Positions 16,586 through 26,531 of a DNA stretch of 64,000 nt are shown here, in pieces. Within the stretch, counting starts at the first letter, position 1; each line of letters starts with the position of its first letter. This DNA is from Eubacteriales bacterium (lineage in GTDB: Bacteria; Bacillota; Clostridia; Oscillospirales; CAG-272): positions 5,621 to 69,620 of the forward strand of contig JAZOVV010000002.1 in NCBI GenBank assembly GCA_045658925.1. Direction: 5' to 3'. The notes beneath the pieces are model-generated. The model had not been told where the DNA came from. It made no database searches and worked only from the letters and a program-made list of their open reading frames with translations. The translations under genes and the position numbers were made by a program.

Positions 16586-19204
16586 TTATCTAAATTCCGT
16601 CTCACCGTCATCGGTGTAAACGTTTGTGCGCAGAATCGAGTAGGATTCTTGTGTGGGGTTACCCGAAAGGATGCCCAAACGTTCTTTTGCAACGCCAATG
16701 AGCATTTCGGGGTTGAGGTTTTCGGTGTTGCCTGCGCGCAGAATTGCGGTAATGGCAATTTTGCCATCCTCGGTGCAAATTGCATCGAGCTGACGAATCA
16801 TTTGTGTCAAATCAACTTCTTTCTCGCCCGATTTGGATTTCTTCATTACCAAGAGGGGAGAGGTGGTAAAGAGAGCTTGCAGCTTTTCTGCCGTTTCTGC
16901 ATTGGCATCTGCAAAGTTGAGGCCGATCTCATATCTCGCCCACGCAATGTCGGCGAATTTGCCGGTTGGCTCGTAAGCGTCAAGCACTTGCATCTCGTCG
17001 GTCAACTCGCGGTTGAGCAGATTTTTGACATCCTCACAGGGGATATTTCTATCAACACGCAAATCGATGAATTCACATTCGCTTTGTGTTCCAACCGAGA
17101 GGGGGAGTCCAAACACGACCTTTGCGTGCGGATTGAAGCCTTGCGTGTACCACATGGGGATGTTTGCACGCACAAGCACGCGGGAGACGGTGCGTTGTAA
17201 ATCGAGGTGCGATATGTATTGCAAATCTCCCACCTTGCGGAACTTAATACGCACGATACGAGAGCCCTCGGTAATGGGTTCCCAAACCTTCTTATCTTGC
17301 TTTTGGGGGAGCGGCTCGTCACTTTCGGTCTGTGCCATTTCACGGCAACCGGGGCAAACGGCACGCACGCCGCCCAATTTGTTCGCACCGCACGCCGAGC
17401 AATGCTCGCGGCAGTTGGGGGTGGTCGTCTCGCCGTAAGCCTTTGCCTGCTCGCGCAGGAAGAATTCCTTGCTCACGCCGCAGTCAATAATATCCCAAGG
17501 CAAAACTTCGTCATTACCAAACTTGCGGTTGGCATAGAACGCGGGATCCACACCCGTGCGTTCAAATACGGAGAGCCATTTGTCGTAGTCGAAATATTCA
17601 TCCCAGGCATCAAACATAAAGCCTTCTTGGCAAGCAAGCTCAAGAGCGTCACCGAGGCGACGGTCGCCACGGGCGAGAACCGCCTCAATACGCGATACCT
17701 TTGCATCGTGATGCACGTATCTGATATGTTTGCTCTTAATCTTTGATTTAAGGTATTCTTGCTTTTCGGCAAGCATTTCCATCGTATCCTGCGCTTCCCA
17801 TTGGAAGGGGGTAAAGGGCTTGGGAATGAAGCAAGAAACGCTGACCGTTACTTGAACGGGGCGAGCACGGTTTCTGTTGGGGTTTTGATAGTAAGCATCC
17901 ACAACGTGCTCGGCAAGGGTAGCGATACCCTCGATATCCTCAAGCGTTTCGGTGGGAAGACCATTCATAAAATAAAGCTTGACCGAGTTTTTGCGTGCAT
18001 CAAACGCCACGTTTACGGCGCGCATAACCTCTTCCTCAGTTACGTTCTTGTTGATAACGTCGCGCAGTCTTTGCGTGCCCGCCTCGGGGGCAAAGGTCAG
18101 GGAAGAGGAACGTACCGACTCGATGCGGCGCATCAAATCCTTGTTAAAGCTGTCCACGCGGAGCGAGGGAAGAGAAAGGCTGACCATGTTGTCATCGGTC
18201 CAATTTAGGAGCTTGTCGCACAAAGGCTCAAGCGAGGTGTAGTCACTGATAGAAAGAGAGGAAAGCGAAATCTCTTCGTATCCCGTCGAGTTATAAAGGG
18301 CTTTTGCTTGGCGATTGAGCACGTCGGCACTCTTTTCGCGCACAGGGCGGTAAATCATACCCGCCTGGCAGAAGCGGCAACCGCGAATGCAACCGCGATA
18401 GACCTCAAGCATAATGCGGTCGTGCACGGTTTCAATGTAGGGCATAACCACCTTATCGGGGAAGTAGACCTTATCCAAATCCTTGATGATTTGCTTGGTT
18501 ACCTGCTTTGGAATATCATCGTACACGGGTGTATAAGCCTTGATGGTTCCGTCCTCGTTGTAGGTTACCTCATAAAGAGAGGGAACGTAGACACCGGGAA
18601 TGGTCTTGGCAGCCTCGTGCAAAAAGTCCTTTCGTGTATAGCGGCCTTCTTCCTTCATTTGAATGTAAAGGCGGGTGATAGCGGGGAGCATATCCTCGCC
18701 CTCGCCAATGTTGAAAAGGTCGAAGAAATCCGCAATCGGCTCGGCGTTGTAAGAGCAGGGGCCACCGCCAATGATGATAGGATCATTGGCGGCACGGTCT
18801 TTTGTGCGCAAGGGGAGCTTTGCCAAGGAAAGCATTTTGAGCACGTTTGTGTAGCACATTTCGTACTGCAGGGTAAAGCCGATAAAGTCGAAAGCCGAAA
18901 GGGGATCTCCGCTTTCAAGTGCGGTCAGGGGCAGGTCGTGCTCACGCATTTTCTCTTGCATATCCGTCCAAGGAGTGAACACACGCTCACACCAAATGTC
19001 GGGATGTGCATTGAGAGCACCGTAAAGCAGACGCATACCCAAGTTCGACATACCGATTTCGTACGTGTCGGGGAAGCAAAAGGCAAAGCGCGCCTTGATA
19101 TCTTCTTTATTTTTGATAATCTCACCGTACTCGCCGCCCGAATATCTGCCGGGCTTGGAGACCGATTTGAGAATGGTACTGTTGAGTTTGGTAGAATGGT
19201 TCAT
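16586..19204 (-). CDS. Radical SAM protein, TIGR03960-like N-part fused to a DUF2344/TIGR03936-like C-part
   Basis: CxxxCxxC cluster motif YRGCIRGCRFCQAG; 872 aa two-part architecture recalled for this family. Confidence 0.85.
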   Translation of the reverse strand: MNHSTKLNSTILKSVSKPGRYSGGEYGEIIKNKEDIKARFAFCFPDTYEIGMSNLGMRLLYGALNAHPDIWCERVFTPWTDMQEKMREHDLPLTALESGDPLSAFDFIGFTLQYEMCYTNVLKMLSLAKLPLRTKDRAANDPIIIGGGPCSYNAEPIADFFDLFNIGEGEDMLPAITRLYIQMKEEGRYTRKDFLHEAAKTIPGVYVPSLYEVTYNEDGTIKAYTPVYDDIPKQVTKQIIKDLDKVYFPDKVVMPYIETVHDRIMLEVYRGCIRGCRFCQAGMIYRPVREKSADVLNRQAKALYNSTGYEEISLSSLSISDYTSLEPLCDKLLNWTDDNMVSLSLPSLRVDSFNKDLMRRIESVRSSSLTFAPEAGTQRLRDVINKNVTEEEVMRAVNVAFDARKNSVKLYFMNGLPTETLEDIEGIATLAEHVVDAYYQNPNRNRARPVQVTVSVSCFIPKPFTPFQWEAQDTMEMLAEKQEYLKSKIKSKHIRYVHHDAKVSRIEAVLARGDRRLGDALELACQEGFMFDAWDEYFDYDKWLSVFERTGVDPAFYANRKFGNDEVLPWDIIDCGVSKEFFLREQAKAYGETTTPNCREHCSACGANKLGGVRAVCPGCREMAQTESDEPLPQKQDKKVWEPITEGSRIVRIKFRKVGDLQYISHLDLQRTVSRVLVRANIPMWYTQGFNPHAKVVFGLPLSVGTQSECEFIDLRVDRNIPCEDVKNLLNRELTDEMQVLDAYEPTGKFADIAWARYEIGLNFADANAETAEKLQALFTTSPLLVMKKSKSGEKEVDLTQMIRQLDAICTEDGKIAITAILRAGNTENLNPEMLIGVAKERLGILSGNPTQESYSILRTNVYTDDGETEFR

Positions 19205-19225
19205 AGTGTTCCTTTTTGCCTATTT

Positions 19226-21589
19226 TTATTTTTCGCGACCCAAATAGAGTGTGCGTCGGTTGATGAGTGCAAAGGAGAGAATGGCAGATGCCACTGTCCA
19301 ACCTAAGTAATACAGGCCAAACGTCATGGGAGTGAGGTAGGAAGAGAGGGAGAGGAGCATCAAAACAAGCGTTCCTACAAAGGAAATAGCCGATGCTGCA
19401 AGCTGTAAACAGAAGCTGATGCGTTTGACCTCATTCACTCTTTTTGCCGCATAGAGCGGATTGACAATGTGTTTTTCACCTCCAAGAGCGACGGCACCTG
19501 TATCCGAAATTTCAAGCAAAGCATCCGACTCATATTTACCGGGCTTGATTACACGTACGGGAATGGCATCCGCATGGCGAATGTCTTGCAAAAATTCCTC
19601 AGTGAGGTTGGGGTTGTAGGATTGAATGGCAACAGAGGTGGTGGAGTCAGCTAAACGCTCGGCAATAATCTCAAATTTGGGGTCAAGGCCATATTCAATA
19701 TCGTAGGTCAATTTGAGAATGCCGTCAACGGCAAAGTACAAAAGCCCTACGTTGTCGGCGCGGCGCAAAGCGCGGTCGGCAGTCTCTTTTGGAATACGGA
19801 TACCGCTCTTCTTCAGAAAGATAGCATCCCCCGCGATCACGTGGTATTGATTGTCGATAATCGCTTCCACCCCCGTATCTGCAATACGAACAAAAGCAAC
19901 GTTGGGGTCGGCAGATTTGGTAGCGGTTGCCTTGCCGATTTCTTCCAAGCTACCGCCAATTTTGCGGAAGAGGATGCCCGCCAGCTTCAAATCGCGGCGC
20001 AGATCGTCGCTCTTATCGCGAACCGCCAATTCCGAGCAGTTCAGGGCGCGGCAGAGACGGTAATCGTTGAAAATAACGGTTTTGGATTCGTTGTATTCTT
20101 CTACGGCTTCTTCACCAAGCAGGGCGCAGTTCTTGCGCGTGAGCAGATTGTTTGCGTGACTGAGGGGGAAGAAGAAGCCAAAGCAAGCGGCTCCGGGCAA
20201 ACCGAGCACAGTTACCGTTGCAAATGCGTTGAGCGCATCACCGAGACCGTTGGTCAGGGCAAGCACAAAGCCTGCCAAAAATCCAAGGATGAGCGGGAGC
20301 GTCAGCAGTATACGGAAAGGTGCGTTGGCGGCTTCCATTTCGTTAAAACGGCGGAAGAAGCCCATCGTCAGCTGGGCATTGTGAACGTGATAGAAGTTTT
20401 CATCAAGGTCATCGTTGATGATCTTAATCAGCTTTTTGCCCTGACGGAGCTTCTTTTTGCGAAGCTCGGTGGGGTCAAGCACGGTTTTTGGCGCATCGGT
20501 TGCCAAAAGGCGGAAGACACGCATTTCACTTGTCAGGCGGAAGATATCGCATATGCAAATGAGGAGCAGAGCACCCGTTGCCACACAGTTGAGGTGAACC
20601 AAGGGGATTTGCCCTATCATTGCTACGATGTCGTAGAAAAGGACAAAGGGGACAATGACTGATAGTGTTGAATAGGGCGTGGGACGAAGCTTGAAATAGC
20701 TACGAATGCCCGCATTGAATTGCTTGTAGGAAAGCACGGTTGCCGCCACCATAACAACGGTAGAGAGAATGGGGAAGAAGAGCGGCACAGATGCATCGAA
20801 TGCCTCGTATCCACCGCCGATGAGAGCGGGATAGTCCAAAAGCACTACCAAGAAGAGTGCGAGGAACGTGAGCAGTGTGCGCAGGATCAAATAACGGCGG
20901 TCGTGCATATATTTTGCAATCGATCGCGTTTTGTTTTGGGGTGTGATCGAATCTTGACCGCAATAACCAAAAGCTGTGCGGTAACGCTTGCTGCTCTCGC
21001 GCGACATACGGTGCAAGTGATCATATTTCAGCTTTTTGAGGTTATCGTATCCAACAAGACGGCCGAATTCGTTTTCGTAGCCAAGCTCAAAGATCATTTC
21101 AATGTCGTCATCCGAAAATCCGCTGCGGCGGCGAATGATCTCCATGGCAGTCATTTTCTTTTCTGCCAAAGCCTCGCGGCGCATTTTCATGCGTTGCAAA
21201 AGGTTTGTCGGCTTGGGGGGGCGCTGAATTTCCTCGGGAGCGTCTACGGGAATCTCCTCGGGAACCGAGAAATCGGCATCTATAAACTCGTCAAATGCTT
21301 CATCGAGTGCCTCGTCCAAGTTTTCATCACGAGAGCGTTGCGTTTGCCCAATGGTTTGCAAAGGACGAACACGCTTGCGCGGCGGAACCTTTTTCGCACT
21401 CGCAGAGGAAGTGCCGGATGCAGCCTTTTGCGTTGTTCCTTCCGCCTTTTGCGAGGTGGGAAGCGATGTGTTTGCCGGCTTTTTATGTATATTCGATTTT
21501 GCTTGCGACGTCGGGGGAGTCGTCTTTTTTTGTTCGGATGCTACCGCATTTTTTGCTTTCGAGAGCTCCGAATTTTGATTCTCTTTCAT
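19226..21589 (-). CDS. P1B-type-ATPase-like membrane protein with degenerate catalytic motifs and a disordered N-terminal extension
   Basis: LGEEAVEEYNESKTVIFNDYRL aligns to GG.ALE......VVFDKTGTLT. GVEAIIDNQYHVIAGDAIFLKKSGI aligns to the N-domain G.GV.a.v.g..v.vGn..l. QSYNPN replaces TGDN, GGEKHIVNP replaces GDGxNDxP, and LPG replaces CPC. Confidence 0.8.
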   Translation of the reverse strand: MKENQNSELSKAKNAVASEQKKTTPPTSQAKSNIHKKPANTSLPTSQKAEGTTQKAASGTSSASAKKVPPRKRVRPLQTIGQTQRSRDENLDEALDEAFDEFIDADFSVPEEIPVDAPEEIQRPPKPTNLLQRMKMRREALAEKKMTAMEIIRRRSGFSDDDIEMIFELGYENEFGRLVGYDNLKKLKYDHLHRMSRESSKRYRTAFGYCGQDSITPQNKTRSIAKYMHDRRYLILRTLLTFLALFLVVLLDYPALIGGGYEAFDASVPLFFPILSTVVMVAATVLSYKQFNAGIRSYFKLRPTPYSTLSVIVPFVLFYDIVAMIGQIPLVHLNCVATGALLLICICDIFRLTSEMRVFRLLATDAPKTVLDPTELRKKKLRQGKKLIKIINDDLDENFYHVHNAQLTMGFFRRFNEMEAANAPFRILLTLPLILGFLAGFVLALTNGLGDALNAFATVTVLGLPGAACFGFFFPLSHANNLLTRKNCALLGEEAVEEYNESKTVIFNDYRLCRALNCSELAVRDKSDDLRRDLKLAGILFRKIGGSLEEIGKATATKSADPNVAFVRIADTGVEAIIDNQYHVIAGDAIFLKKSGIRIPKETADRALRRADNVGLLYFAVDGILKLTYDIEYGLDPKFEIIAERLADSTTSVAIQSYNPNLTEEFLQDIRHADAIPVRVIKPGKYESDALLEISDTGAVALGGEKHIVNPLYAAKRVNEVKRISFCLQLAASAISFVGTLVLMLLSLSSYLTPMTFGLYYLGWTVASAILSFALINRRTLYLGREK

Positions 21590-21627
21590 AATGGCTCCTT
21601 TCCGATAAAAGTTAGGAAAACAAAGTA

Positions 21628-22506
21628 TCAGGAATGATGCTGACGTGCGGCTTCGGCCAAAAGGATAGCCGCCGCAGTAGAGACGTTAAAGGAATTCACC
21701 TGTCCGTACATGGGAATAGAAACGATTGCATCACAGGTCTTTTGAACAATTTGAGAGACACCGTTGCCCTCGCTGCCAAGCACGATAGCGCATGCCCCCT
21801 TGAGGTTGGTGGCATAAACGCTCTCACCGCCTGCCTCTGCGGCAAACGTCCAAACGCCTTTTTCTTTCAGGGCTTCAACGGTAGATGCAATATTGGCAAC
21901 CTTTGCCACGGCAAGATGCTCAATAGCGCCTGCCGATGCCTTGGTGACAAGGGGAGTCAGCCCTACGGCGCGACGCTTGGAAATGATGAGTCCGTGTGCA
22001 CCGCAGCACTCGGCGCAACGAATGATGGCACCGAGATTGTAAGGGTCAGTAATGCCATCGCAAATCACAATGAGGGGGTCCTCACCGCGTTCTTTTGCAA
22101 TGTCAAGGATGTCTTCCACTGTGCAGTAGTCCTTTTCTGCCGCAAAAGCGATAACGCCTTGGTGGGGAGCATAGCCCGAAATGGCATCGAGCTTTGGTTT
22201 TTCGGTTTCGATTACGGGAATGCCGCGCTCAATCGCCTGTGCTACAAGCACAACGATAGAGCCCGTGCGCTCGCCCTTTTGAACGAGCAATTTATCAATG
22301 TCGCGTCCCGATTTGAGGAGCTCGCCAACGGCATTTCGACCGATAACGGCACCGTTTTCGTAGTCACCGTGAATGCCGGCTTCCTCATCCTTGGGGGCAT
22401 TATTTTCTTTTTTGTAATCATAACGCGGTGCGCGATTTTGCTTATTGCTGTTTTTGCGCGTTTTGTCAAAGTCGCGACGGGGCGCGCCACTCTTTTTCTT
22501 TTCCAT
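21628..22506 (-). CDS. rlmB: 23S rRNA (guanosine-2'-O)-methyltransferase, RlmB/TrmH (SpoU) family
   Basis: GITDPYNLGAIIRCAECCGAHG, IVLGSEGNGVS, IPMYGQVNSFNVSTAAAI; basic N-terminal extension. Confidence 0.9.
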   Translation of the reverse strand: MEKKKSGAPRRDFDKTRKNSNKQNRAPRYDYKKENNAPKDEEAGIHGDYENGAVIGRNAVGELLKSGRDIDKLLVQKGERTGSIVVLVAQAIERGIPVIETEKPKLDAISGYAPHQGVIAFAAEKDYCTVEDILDIAKERGEDPLIVICDGITDPYNLGAIIRCAECCGAHGLIISKRRAVGLTPLVTKASAGAIEHLAVAKVANIASTVEALKEKGVWTFAAEAGGESVYATNLKGACAIVLGSEGNGVSQIVQKTCDAIVSIPMYGQVNSFNVSTAAAILLAEAARQHHS

Positions 22507-22648
22507 ATGTAAAGAGCCTGTCCTTTCTTGTGACGTAGAACTTTCTTACCTATAATTATATCACAATAAATGATTTTTGTATAGAGGATTTTGAAAAAAT
22601 GTCGTCTTTTCGGGAATTTTTCGCTCGACAAAAGATGACAGAAAGCCA

Positions 22649-22677
22649 AAATGGGAGCGACAATGTCGCTCCCATTT
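22649..22677 (-). terminator. Terminator after the TM/TPR-like gene
   Basis: GGGAGCGAC (22653..22661), loop AAT, GTCGCTCCC (22665..22673), with an AAAT/ATTT extension. Confidence 0.55.
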
Positions 22678-22678
22678 C

Positions 22679-23479
22679 TTATTCCATTTCCAAAAGTAAT
22701 CTTTTTGCCTCTTTTGTAATATACAAATCGGGGTTAGAAGCTGCCACGCGTTCCAAATGAATTTTGGCAGAATGGATATCATTTTGTGCCAAGTAAATTT
22801 CGGAGAGCAACCAAGCGGTTTCTATTTCGCCGTATTTGCTTGGTGGAGACAAGCGGTTTGCATAGGATAGCGCACCAATGGGATCGCCGGCTCGCAGGCA
22901 AGCAGAGGCTTGCGAGGAGAGTAGGGTAAACTCCAACCCCTTTTTCTGTTTGCCCTCTTTGAGTGCATTATACATCGTTAACGCCTTATTGTGCAAAAGG
23001 TCTGCGGCATCATTCTTTTTGAGTATATGTGCAAAATATCCCAAATTGTTATAGTATACGATTTTTACAACCGGTAACGTGCCGGCGTATTTATCTATGC
23101 TGATTTCGGATAATTGTCGATATGCAAATTCGTGCTCGCCCAAAGCGCTGAGTGCAGTTGCATAATCGATGATGTAAATTTGACGGTCGACGCCTTTTTT
23201 GACATACTTCAATCCATCTAAGGTTTCCTCTAAAAGAGGTTTGGGATCACAATTTTCTTGCAGTTCTTTTGTAGCATATAGAATTAACAGATTTGCACAT
23301 GTTCTGCAAAAGATATTGCATAAAAGGAGAAAGAATAAAGCCACTATAACATATGCCCCCGGACCTGCCGAAACAGTTGCAAGTGCAAATGCACAAATCG
23401 AAAAGGACAGCATGGTAAATAGAACGGTGCATAGCAAGCGGTGATGTGAAACAAATCTGTAAAATCTAAAAAATTTCAT
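22679..23479 (-). CDS. Hypothetical membrane protein with TPR-like helical C-terminal region
   Basis: Two N-terminal hydrophobic helices, then helical repeats. The track start 23518 is TTG with no RBS and overlaps the upstream gene; ATG 23479 follows GAAAGG. Confidence 0.6.
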   Translation of the reverse strand: MKFFRFYRFVSHHRLLCTVLFTMLSFSICAFALATVSAGPGAYVIVALFFLLLCNIFCRTCANLLILYATKELQENCDPKPLLEETLDGLKYVKKGVDRQIYIIDYATALSALGEHEFAYRQLSEISIDKYAGTLPVVKIVYYNNLGYFAHILKKNDAADLLHNKALTMYNALKEGKQKKGLEFTLLSSQASACLRAGDPIGALSYANRLSPPSKYGEIETAWLLSEIYLAQNDIHSAKIHLERVAASNPDLYITKEAKRLLLEME

Positions 23480-23496
23480 AAAGATAGGCCTTTCTT

Positions 23497-25083
23497 TTAT
23501 GATTTTTTGAACACCCAATCCCCGGGGTCAGCACCAAAATCCTGTTCTTCGGGGAGATAGTGTTGTTCCTCTTTCCAATAAATTTTGCGCTCGTTGACGT
23601 CCTTGTAGAACGCACGCGCTTTTTCAGGGTCGGGACGAACCATCAGGGAGACGTAGGTCCATTGCAAACGGGAGCGTTTGACGTTGTCAAGCTTGTCACC
23701 CGCATCGCGCTCGGCGGCATCCCACCAAGCCTCAATGGCATCGTAAACGACCTCATACATCTCACGAGGAACGGTTTGGAATGGACGCTCATAAATGTTG
23801 ATATGTCTTGCTTTTGCCGCACCGTTGAACCAATCGAGAAAGGCACGAATATTGCGCCATCCCTTGCCGTAGTAAGCCTCAAGGAAGCGGTTAATGTGCA
23901 TATGATAGACCGATTCAGCCATCATCGGCTCCCAAGCAAGGCGCGCTAAAAGATAGGCACGTAGCTCGGCAAATTCACCTGAAAATGATTGATAGTTACC
24001 CTCGGGATACATTCCCTTAACACCATGCTCCGCATAAAAACGCATATTGTCGCGTAGAACGTGGAAGTTCGGATAGGGTGCGAGATAGTGTGCAAAATTG
24101 GTGACGTAATCCCAAATGTAGATGCGGTCGCAAATGCTATTCCAATCTTCAAGATCTTTTACAAATTTGCGGTTGCGCGAACAAGCACCGCCTGAAAGAG
24201 GATGTGTAAAGCAAGCTTCAAAGGGGCAGAGGCGAATAACAACGTTTGGCAAAGGCCTTGTGATTTTGGGAATATTGCGTGTGTGACGGTAAGCGAGCGT
24301 TTCAATAGCAACGTCGGGGTAGTCGTCCTTGATGTCAGCGGCAACGGCATTGACCACGCGCAAGAGGGTGCCCATATGGCTACCTTCTTCGGCATCAATC
24401 GCAGCACAGCGCTCGCATTTGCAGTATCTTTCGTTGTCGTTTTGGGAGATGGAAACAAGCTTTACCATCGGGTCTTTTTTCAAGACGTTGCGTGTGTATT
24501 CAATGGCTTTTTTTGTTACCTCGGGGTCGGAAAGACAGGGCTGCAGGTGTTGCGGACATCCCGTAACCTCTTCCATCGTGTGCACAAAGCGCCCCGCCCA
24601 CTTCATATATCCGCCGTGGCGGGGATCCTCACTTTTGTGCGTGTTGACACGGTTTGCAATGCGCCATTCGAGGTCGTCCTCACCAAGGTAAAAACTATCT
24701 TGACGGTATTCAAAAATAGGGGAGAAGGACTCGTTGAACTCACCGATTTCGGCACCTTCGCCGAAGGTTGTTACACCGGGGGCAAAATGATGTACGTCGA
24801 GATATTTTTCCAAAAATCCATACACGCCATACAGAATTCCGCGCGGTCCGTGACCGATAATCGAGAGTTTTCCGGGCGTATTTTGAATAGAATATCCCTC
24901 GCAATCATTGATGTCATCTTCAATATGAAGATCAATCACACCCTTGCCACCGACCATTTTCTCGCCTGCGATTTTCTCAATCCAACGGCGCATAATGCTG
25001 CCCGCGTTCTCCTCAGCAGGCGCCGCGCCACAGATAATATCATATTCCAGAGCGGATACACCGCAAAGAAAAATATTTCCCAT
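23497..25083 (-). CDS. DUF4838-like (glycoside-hydrolase-like) protein
   Basis: ATG 25083 follows GGAGG. CKCERC motif and overall length/composition recalled for DUF4838; no signal peptide is obvious. Confidence 0.6.
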   Translation of the reverse strand: MGNIFLCGVSALEYDIICGAAPAEENAGSIMRRWIEKIAGEKMVGGKGVIDLHIEDDINDCEGYSIQNTPGKLSIIGHGPRGILYGVYGFLEKYLDVHHFAPGVTTFGEGAEIGEFNESFSPIFEYRQDSFYLGEDDLEWRIANRVNTHKSEDPRHGGYMKWAGRFVHTMEEVTGCPQHLQPCLSDPEVTKKAIEYTRNVLKKDPMVKLVSISQNDNERYCKCERCAAIDAEEGSHMGTLLRVVNAVAADIKDDYPDVAIETLAYRHTRNIPKITRPLPNVVIRLCPFEACFTHPLSGGACSRNRKFVKDLEDWNSICDRIYIWDYVTNFAHYLAPYPNFHVLRDNMRFYAEHGVKGMYPEGNYQSFSGEFAELRAYLLARLAWEPMMAESVYHMHINRFLEAYYGKGWRNIRAFLDWFNGAAKARHINIYERPFQTVPREMYEVVYDAIEAWWDAAERDAGDKLDNVKRSRLQWTYVSLMVRPDPEKARAFYKDVNERKIYWKEEQHYLPEEQDFGADPGDWVFKKS

Positions 25084-25201
25084 AAGGTTCCTCCTAAAGA
25101 TAAAAGAGTTAGTCACGTCTTTTCCTTTATTATAGCATATATCAAGGCACGTGTCAACGAAAAACAAAGAGAAAAGGAAGGCAAAAGCCTTCCTTTTTTT
25201 A

Positions 25202-25984
25202 TCAGTTCAACTTATACTTAAGCCTCAAATTATCGGCAATCATGGCAATAAACTCGGAGTTGGTGGGCTTGCCGCGGTTGTTTTGAATGGTATAGCCAAA
25301 ATAGGAATTGAGCGTATCGACGTCGCCTCTATCCCAAGCAACCTCAATGGCGTGACGGATAGCACGCTCCACGCGGCTGGTAGTGGTGGCGTACTTCTTG
25401 GCAACGCTGGGGTAGAGCACCTTTGTTACCGAGTTGATAATATCCGAATCCTTAATGGTCAAAAGAATTGCCGTGCGCAAATACTGATAACCCTTGATAT
25501 GTGCGGGAACACCGATTTGATGAATGATTTGCGTGACTTGCGATTCGATATCAGGACCTTTTTCAACCTCTTGCATCGCCACAGCGGGAATATCCTGCAC
25601 GCGACGGGTAGCAATGTTTTGAATGTGTTCGGCAAGGCTGACGAGATTAACGGGCTTGAGTAAACAAAGCTCCGCGCCCGCCTCGGATGCCTGAATAAAA
25701 ACGTTTTGGTTGGAAACGGAGGATACTACAATAAAGGAAGGTGCTTTGTCGCTGCCCCAATCCATTGTACGTGCGTTGCGAAGAACGCCAATACCGTCGA
25801 GCTTAGAGAGCCAAACGTCAAGAAGAACCACCTCGGGGTGAATTTGCGACATTTTGAGTACGGCTTCTTCACCGTTGACCGCTTCCTCTATGTTTCTGTA
25901 TCCTGCGCGCATTAACCCTTCACGCACCTGTGCACGCCAAATGGGGCTTTCATCGGCAATTAAAAGTTTTGTTTTGTATTCCAT
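25202..25984 (-). CDS. spo0A: Sporulation master regulator Spo0A
   Basis: Receiver domain (LLDVWL...LDG, LLKPV) plus Spo0A-specific effector motifs [32 protein letters not shown] and [18 protein letters not shown]. Confidence 0.95.
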   Translation of the reverse strand: MEYKTKLLIADESPIWRAQVREGLMRAGYRNIEEAVNGEEAVLKMSQIHPEVVLLDVWLSKLDGIGVLRNARTMDWGSDKAPSFIVVSSVSNQNVFIQASEAGAELCLLKPVNLVSLAEHIQNIATRRVQDIPAVAMQEVEKGPDIESQVTQIIHQIGVPAHIKGYQYLRTAILLTIKDSDIINSVTKVLYPSVAKKYATTTSRVERAIRHAIEVAWDRGDVDTLNSYFGYTIQNNRGKPTNSEFIAMIADNLRLKYKLN

Positions 25985-26059
25985 AAGTCAATTATTCCTC
26001 CAACTTTCATTTTGTTATGACAGTAATATTTTACCATAAATGTAATAATTTTACAATAT

Positions 26060-26100
26060 AAAACAAGAAAAAATATTCCCCAAAAATTTTGGGGAATATT
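26060..26100 (-). terminator. Terminator upstream of the spo0A promoter region
   Basis: AATATTCCCC (26072..26081) pairs with GGGGAATATT (26091..26100); U-run on the minus transcript (plus-strand A-run about 26061..26071). Confidence 0.6.
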
Positions 26101-26136
26101 TGGTAAATTTTACCAAGTTGGTAGTCGATTTATCGC

Positions 26137-26526
26137 TCAATGAGAGTGTTTACAGGGTTCTTTGAAGAAATCTGTCAAATCCATCTCAAATCTGCCGTCG
26201 GCATTGCGCGAAAAACCGATGGCTTTTACAAGCGTTTCATTGTCGCATTTTGCGTCAAAATAGGCGCGGTGAACACCGCAGAGGTCAATAAAATTGAGTG
26301 CGGCGCGCCCCATAACGAACATTGGCTCAAACTCATACTTTTCGGGAACGTTTGCAAAATCAACGATAGAGCCGCCATCCTTGTTCATTGTGAACTGACA
26401 CATGCCAAAGAGTTCTCCGTCCACCAAAGCCTTGTAAGCCAAGAGCTCGGTGCGATAGGGTATGCCGCAAAGGTTGGCAATCGCTTCTTGTTCGCTTTTA
26501 TCTTGAATCGGTAATACTTCCAGCAT
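26137..26526 (-). CDS. Hypothetical protein (129 aa)
   Basis: ATG 26526 with AAAGGA upstream; 5 nt after the rluB stop. I recognise no motif. Confidence 0.65.
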   Translation of the reverse strand: MLEVLPIQDKSEQEAIANLCGIPYRTELLAYKALVDGELFGMCQFTMNKDGGSIVDFANVPEKYEFEPMFVMGRAALNFIDLCGVHRAYFDAKCDNETLVKAIGFSRNADGRFEMDLTDFFKEPCKHSH

Positions 26527-26531
26527 AGTCT

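Noticed and set aside
25202-25984. Possible atypical Spo0A receiver (ADES in place of the ADD acidic pair)
   Set aside because: Asp/Glu in the acidic pocket, the phospho-acceptor Asp (LLDVW), the Ser/Thr position and the conserved Lys (LLKPV) are all present, so the receiver looks functional.
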